The translations under genes were made by a program, and so were the position numbers. Shown in pieces: positions 15,805 to 20,000 of a DNA stretch of 20,000 nucleotides (position 1 is its first letter; every line of letters starts with the position of its first letter). The DNA is from an uncultured virus (IMG/VR IMGVR_UViG_3300035396_000150) (lineage: Duplodnaviria > Heunggongvirae > Uroviricota > Caudoviricetes > Crassvirales): the IMG/VR virus record IMGVR_UViG_3300035396_000150, positions 52,959-72,958 of that record; one strand, written 5' to 3'. The notes under the pieces were generated by a model, which saw only the letters and a program-made list of their open reading frames with translations, had not been told where the DNA came from and made no database searches.

Positions 15805-16359
15805 ATGCTTGATGTCTATAACATACTAAAACTAATAAAATCAAGTGAAGTTAATTTAGTTATTATAGGTACTGAACCGTACTCCAATAGTATTGTGGAG
15901 AACAACAAATTGATTTACTACAATGATGGACTTATATTTAGTTGTTCTAAGACATTAAAAGAACACAGTCAATTGCTTGTACTTAAAAACCTATTTAGGA
16001 AGCTAAGTACTTGCAATTGGTATCCAAACGACTTATCATATCTAATAAATCAAGGAGTGTTTATAATGCCTGTCTATTGGGAAGTTGAAGAGCACAAACC
16101 TAAATCAAGACAGACTATAGAACAATTCAAGTTCTCTATAAAGGTGCTTAATAAGATAATAGCAGGTTCAGGACAAGTGCCCGTAATAACACTTGGCAGA
16201 GATGCAGCTAAGTTAGTAACTAATACCAAAGCTAAGTTAATATTCAATGAAACGCACCCATCAGAAGTAAGATTTAATAAGAATGACAATTGGGGATTAT
16301 CTACATTTACAGAAGCTTGTAAATACACAAAGAATAAGATACTATGGGGAAAGAATTAA
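15805..16359 (+). CDS. Uracil-DNA glycosylase family-1-like protein with substituted active site
   Basis: VIIGTEPY, GLIFS, QGVFIMP, LGRDA and HPS are collinear with the UNG motifs ILGQDPY, GLAFS, QGVLLLN, WGxxA and HPSP. Confidence 0.8.
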   Translation: MLDVYNILKLIKSSEVNLVIIGTEPYSNSIVENNKLIYYNDGLIFSCSKTLKEHSQLLVLKNLFRKLSTCNWYPNDLSYLINQGVFIMPVYWEVEEHKPKSRQTIEQFKFSIKVLNKIIAGSGQVPVITLGRDAAKLVTNTKAKLIFNETHPSEVRFNKNDNWGLSTFTEACKYTKNKILWGKN

Positions 16360-16820
16360 TTAAAAGAAAAATAGCAATACTTAATAAGTTGTTTGAAGGA
16401 AAGACTAAAAAAGAGATTAGAGATAAATGGGAAAAGGCTATATTTCAAACAGCAGACTTAAAGGCACGTAACTACGAAGTACACGTAAATGTGCCATTTG
16501 ACGAGTATGGTGGAAGTAATTATGTCATAGTAACTGTATACAATGCAATCAATAAAGCTGATGTTATAAGATTTGTATCAGAGAAGCTAAATCTACCAGA
16601 ACCAGACCCCTTATCTGATGAAGAGTTCTATACAGATGACTATGGTATAATAAAGGTATTAGATAAGGGAAGACATCAATGCTACGAACACTATGAAGTA
16701 CAGAAGATAATAGAGGATTTCCTTAAATACTATGTTCAGGAGTTTAGTGAAATTAAGAATAAAGTAATAGATAATAGAGAAGAAGTACTTAATTTATTGA
16801 AAACAAAATATAATTTATGA
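16344..16820 (+). CDS. Hypothetical protein
   Basis: 158 aa; overlaps both neighbours. Confidence 0.8.
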   Translation: MGKELIKRKIAILNKLFEGKTKKEIRDKWEKAIFQTADLKARNYEVHVNVPFDEYGGSNYVIVTVYNAINKADVIRFVSEKLNLPEPDPLSDEEFYTDDYGIIKVLDKGRHQCYEHYEVQKIIEDFLKYYVQEFSEIKNKVIDNREEVLNLLKTKYNL

Positions 16821-17056
16821 CAATATTAGAAACATTAAGTAGCAAATACTTTCCACCAAATGAAGGAGAGGATAGAACAAATTACATAAAACGTATAGTA
16901 AAGAAACTTGAAGCTGATAACGGATTTGCAAAAGCACACACCTTACTATTACAACAATTCAAGAAAATGACTAAAGATAGAAAGGAATACACACAACTTC
17001 AAATTAAAATAATCGGTAATGAACAAGCATATGCAAAAGCATTATCTGCTATTTGA
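16817..17056 (+). CDS. Hypothetical protein
   Basis: 79 aa; ATGA overlap with the upstream stop. Confidence 0.75.
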   Translation: MTILETLSSKYFPPNEGEDRTNYIKRIVKKLEADNGFAKAHTLLLQQFKKMTKDRKEYTQLQIKIIGNEQAYAKALSAI

Positions 17057-17699
17057 TACCGAAACTGTAGATGTATCTGATTTAAGTATATTCGATATAG
17101 GATTTATAGTATTTAATGAATCATATGAAATAGTACATAAACAAAGACTTGTATTTAAAGAAATAGTAGATAATGAAGAGAGATTTAAGAAATGCTATTA
17201 CTACAGTAATAAAGACTTCTATAAAGACTTAGAAAAACACGAATATCCAGACTTAAAGATTACATTAAATAAGTTAATTAAAGAATATAACATAAAAGGA
17301 TTATTTGCATTTAATATAGACTTCGATATACGTTCTTTACATTACACATTTAAAAGATATGAACTAAGCAAAGATGGAATAGATAAAACTAAATTAAAGA
17401 AGCATGGTATAGAACTATATGACATAATAGATATATTCTTAATGAATGTAGATATTAAGAAATATACTAAGTACTGCCTTGAAAAGAACTTCATTACAGA
17501 GAAAGGTAATATAAAATACACAGCAGAAGTTATAAATAGATATATACTTAATAGAGATGATGTAGTTGAAACACATACAGCTTTAGAAGACTGTGAAATA
17601 GAATTCAATATAATTAATCATGTAAGAACTTTAGATGGATTTGATATAAATAAGAAACTACCAACTAAAGCTTACCTTTACTTAAAACAAAATCAATAA
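17019..17699 (+). CDS. DEDDh (DnaQ-like) 3'-5' exonuclease
   Basis: FDTET (ExoI), AFNIDFD (ExoII), HTALED (ExoIII). The true start may be the second Met. Confidence 0.9.
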   Translation: MNKHMQKHYLLFDTETVDVSDLSIFDIGFIVFNESYEIVHKQRLVFKEIVDNEERFKKCYYYSNKDFYKDLEKHEYPDLKITLNKLIKEYNIKGLFAFNIDFDIRSLHYTFKRYELSKDGIDKTKLKKHGIELYDIIDIFLMNVDIKKYTKYCLEKNFITEKGNIKYTAEVINRYILNRDDVVETHTALEDCEIEFNIINHVRTLDGFDINKKLPTKAYLYLKQNQ

Positions 17700-17701
17700 C
17701 A

Positions 17702-18145
17702 ATGGCACATAATAAAGCAGTAACCAACAATAAAGCAAATCACCCAGCAGATAAATACAGAGCAGATGAAAAGCCGTATGACCCTATCGCTATAAATGAA
17801 ACTAATAAACTTGTAAAGAAACAAGTAGAATTAATATATAAAACAGTTAAGCCGGGAGTTGCTATAGTAAAACCTGTAATACTAACTAAATCAAATATAC
17901 TACTACCTGATGGAGTAGAGAATCCTAATGAAGAGCCTGTATTTGAAATAATGCTTGTAGGTAAAGTAAATCCTGATTACGACTTAGATGTTAAAGTAGG
18001 AGATAAAGTACTTATAACTGAAATCAATGGAGTGAATCATCAAAGAGCAACAAAAGCAACCACCTTAGACGGAGCTGATGTTGGGGGCTATTATCAAGTA
18101 GATACAAGAAACATATATGCTATTGTAGAGTATAACAGAATATGA
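17702..18145 (+). CDS. GroES/Cpn10-like co-chaperonin
   Basis: TKSNILLPD (mobile loop), EIMLVG, DVKVGDKVLI and NIYAIV match the Cpn10 pattern; N-terminal extension present. Confidence 0.75.
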   Translation: MAHNKAVTNNKANHPADKYRADEKPYDPIAINETNKLVKKQVELIYKTVKPGVAIVKPVILTKSNILLPDGVENPNEEPVFEIMLVGKVNPDYDLDVKVGDKVLITEINGVNHQRATKATTLDGADVGGYYQVDTRNIYAIVEYNRI

Positions 18146-20000
18146 TTTATTTAATAGGGTTAAAAGTTAATGGAATAGAAACCATATCTAAAGAAAGAGC
18201 ACTTCATAAAATATCTCAATATAAACTAATATGTGAGGATACAGAAACTAAGACTTTAGATTACCATGAAAAAAACCCTATTAAATTAGTACAAATAGGG
18301 ACAGAAGAAGACCAATTCGTATTTAGTCCTGAAGAGGCTAAATCATTAAAGCCTATATTAGAAGATAGAAATATAACTAAGATAGTAGTTAATGGTGTAT
18401 TTGAACGTAATATGCTTCGTTCATTAAGTATGCAGTTAAACTCCATGTTTGACTTATCACTTGCATATAAGGTATACAGACAAGGTAAAGAAGTAAGATA
18501 TGTAAAGACTAAATACGGAGAGTTCTTTATATACTCACTTGGAGGCATGATGAAGGAATTACTTAGTATAGATATAAATAAGGCAGAGCAGACCTCATTC
18601 CTACAAGATACCTCAACATACACACAAGACCAAATACGATATGCCGCTGATGATGTTAAGTTATTTAACTTATATCAAGTAATACTAAATAAACTAATAA
18701 AGAAAGAACTTATTACAGAAGATTATAGATTTGATAATACAGAAATACTTGTAAAAGAAGATAAATTCCGTAAAGCTATACTTGAATTCAAATATCAAGA
18801 GTACTTAGCTGATATGCTATATAATGGTATATATATAGATAGTGCGGATTGGCTTAAATTAGAAGAACTTAATAAAATAGAATCATATAAAAGACAAGAA
18901 GCTTTGAATGAACTAATAATAAAGAGTTCACCTAAATATAAGAATAACAGAAAGGCACCTATATCATATATTAAAGAAAAGACAATTGACTTATTTACAG
19001 GAGAAGAGATTAAGATAGATAATAAAGTACATGATAAGAGAAGAGTCAATTGGAAATCATCACAACAGGTTAAAGAAGTATTCAGAGAATTAAAAATAGC
19101 TATACCTAATGTAAAAGGTAAAGATACATTAGATATAAAAGAATTAAAGAAAGTAGCTAATGCACACCCTTTATTACCTGATTATATAAAATACAAAGAA
19201 CTATCCAAGCTGATAGATTCATACGGCTCTAAGATGTTAACAAACATCAATAAGAATACAGGTAGAATACACTTTCAAGTAGACCAATTGCTTGCAACAG
19301 GACGACTTGCACCATATAATCCTAATATGGCACAAATACCATCAAGTAAGGAATGGAGGAACTGCTTTAAAGCCCAAAGAGGTGTTATAGTAGGAGCTGA
19401 CTATTCTGCACAAGAGAGTAGAGTAATGGCATATAAGAGTAAAGATGATGTATTTATAGACTTTTTTGAGAATGGAGACGGGGATAGTCATAGTATGGTG
19501 GCTTCTAAGGTATATAGTACTAAAGAAAGACTTGAAATAACGATTACTAAGCTATCAATGGAAGTTAAATTTCCAGAGAAAGATGAAAGCATTGTCCGAA
19601 AATTGCTAAAAGAGTTATACCCTAATGCAAAACAAGTAATTAAAGAAGAAGGTAAACTAACTGCATACGGTAAGCTCGATATGTCTAATAAAGATGAAAA
19701 AGGAGAAGAGTGCCCACTAAGACAGAAGGGTAAGATTCTAAACTTCTTTATATCTTTTGGTGGCAGTTCATTCACACTATCTCAATCCCAGAATATAAGT
19801 ATGGAAGAAGCCAACGACCTGTTAAACGGTTTTTGGGGAGCATTTAAGAAATTAAAGCTATACTTTGATGCTGAGAAAGGGTTCGCATTAGCTAATGGCT
19901 ATAATATAATAAATCACATAACCAAAGGTAGACGTAGTTATCCGGAGCATAAGGAGATGAAGATATTACAGAATAAAGCAAGTGCCTTAATTAAAGAGAA
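18142..20000 (+). CDS. polA: Family A DNA polymerase with 3'-5' exonuclease domain (partial, runs off right edge)
   Basis: Missing from the ORF track because there is no stop in the window. Hand translation from ATG 18142 is open to the end: EDTET, YAADDV, NWKSSQQV, TGRIH, TGRL, motif A GADYSAQESRVMA, DSHS, motif B RQKGKILNFFISFGG. Confidence 0.95.
   Translation, partial: MIYLIGLKVNGIETISKERALHKISQYKLICEDTETKTLDYHEKNPIKLVQIGTEEDQFVFSPEEAKSLKPILEDRNITKIVVNGVFERNMLRSLSMQLNSMFDLSLAYKVYRQGKEVRYVKTKYGEFFIYSLGGMMKELLSIDINKAEQTSFLQDTSTYTQDQIRYAADDVKLFNLYQVILNKLIKKELITEDYRFDNTEILVKEDKFRKAILEFKYQEYLADMLYNGIYIDSADWLKLEELNKIESYKRQEALNELIIKSSPKYKNNRKAPISYIKEKTIDLFTGEEIKIDNKVHDKRRVNWKSSQQVKEVFRELKIAIPNVKGKDTLDIKELKKVANAHPLLPDYIKYKELSKLIDSYGSKMLTNINKNTGRIHFQVDQLLATGRLAPYNPNMAQIPSSKEWRNCFKAQRGVIVGADYSAQESRVMAYKSKDDVFIDFFENGDGDSHSMVASKVYSTKERLEITITKLSMEVKFPEKDESIVRKLLKELYPNAKQVIKEEGKLTAYGKLDMSNKDEKGEECPLRQKGKILNFFISFGGSSFTLSQSQNISMEEANDLLNGFWGAFKKLKLYFDAEKGFALANGYNIINHITKGRRSYPEHKEMKILQNKASALIKE

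Noticed and set aside
19516..19719. Intein or group I intron in polA
   Set aside because: Too short, no HN-C/S/T splice junction, and the reading frame is uninterrupted.
2980..19775. Minus-strand ORFs in the track (2980, 4031, 4977, 6602, 7743, 9626, 9903, 10608, 11392, 14532, 15053, 16074, 17342, 18261, 18795, 19488) and the 12313 start
   Set aside because: They are antisense shadows of + strand genes or RNAs with S/L/F-rich composition; the 12313 ORF is better explained by a start at 12415.

Overview
Very AT-rich segment of a dsDNA phage genome. A Bacteroidota host and Crassvirales-like organisation are inferred from A-rich, SD-less starts, an Ala-Gln signal peptide and the gene content. 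The genetic code appears standard. Layout: (i) three leftward genes at 1-1370, including a PD-(D/E)XK nuclease; (ii) a 1.4-kb AT-rich divergent region with direct and inverted repeats (candidate origin/promoters); (iii) a gene-poor block at ~2.7-10.3 kb packed with + strand structured RNA elements, a conserved 719-aa/134-aa gene pair and, as the clearest discovery, a circularly permuted two-piece tmRNA gene (~9356-9653) that appears to lack pseudoknot 1 and encodes the tag (A)GKTISISNAPVRQAA; (iv) small membrane/secreted proteins plus two peptidoglycan hydrolases (GH73, GH24); (v) a replication module with ATP-dependent DNA ligase, a degenerate UDG, a DEDDh exonuclease, a GroES-like protein and a family A DNA polymerase that runs off the right end. 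All calls come from reading motifs by eye; no searches were run.
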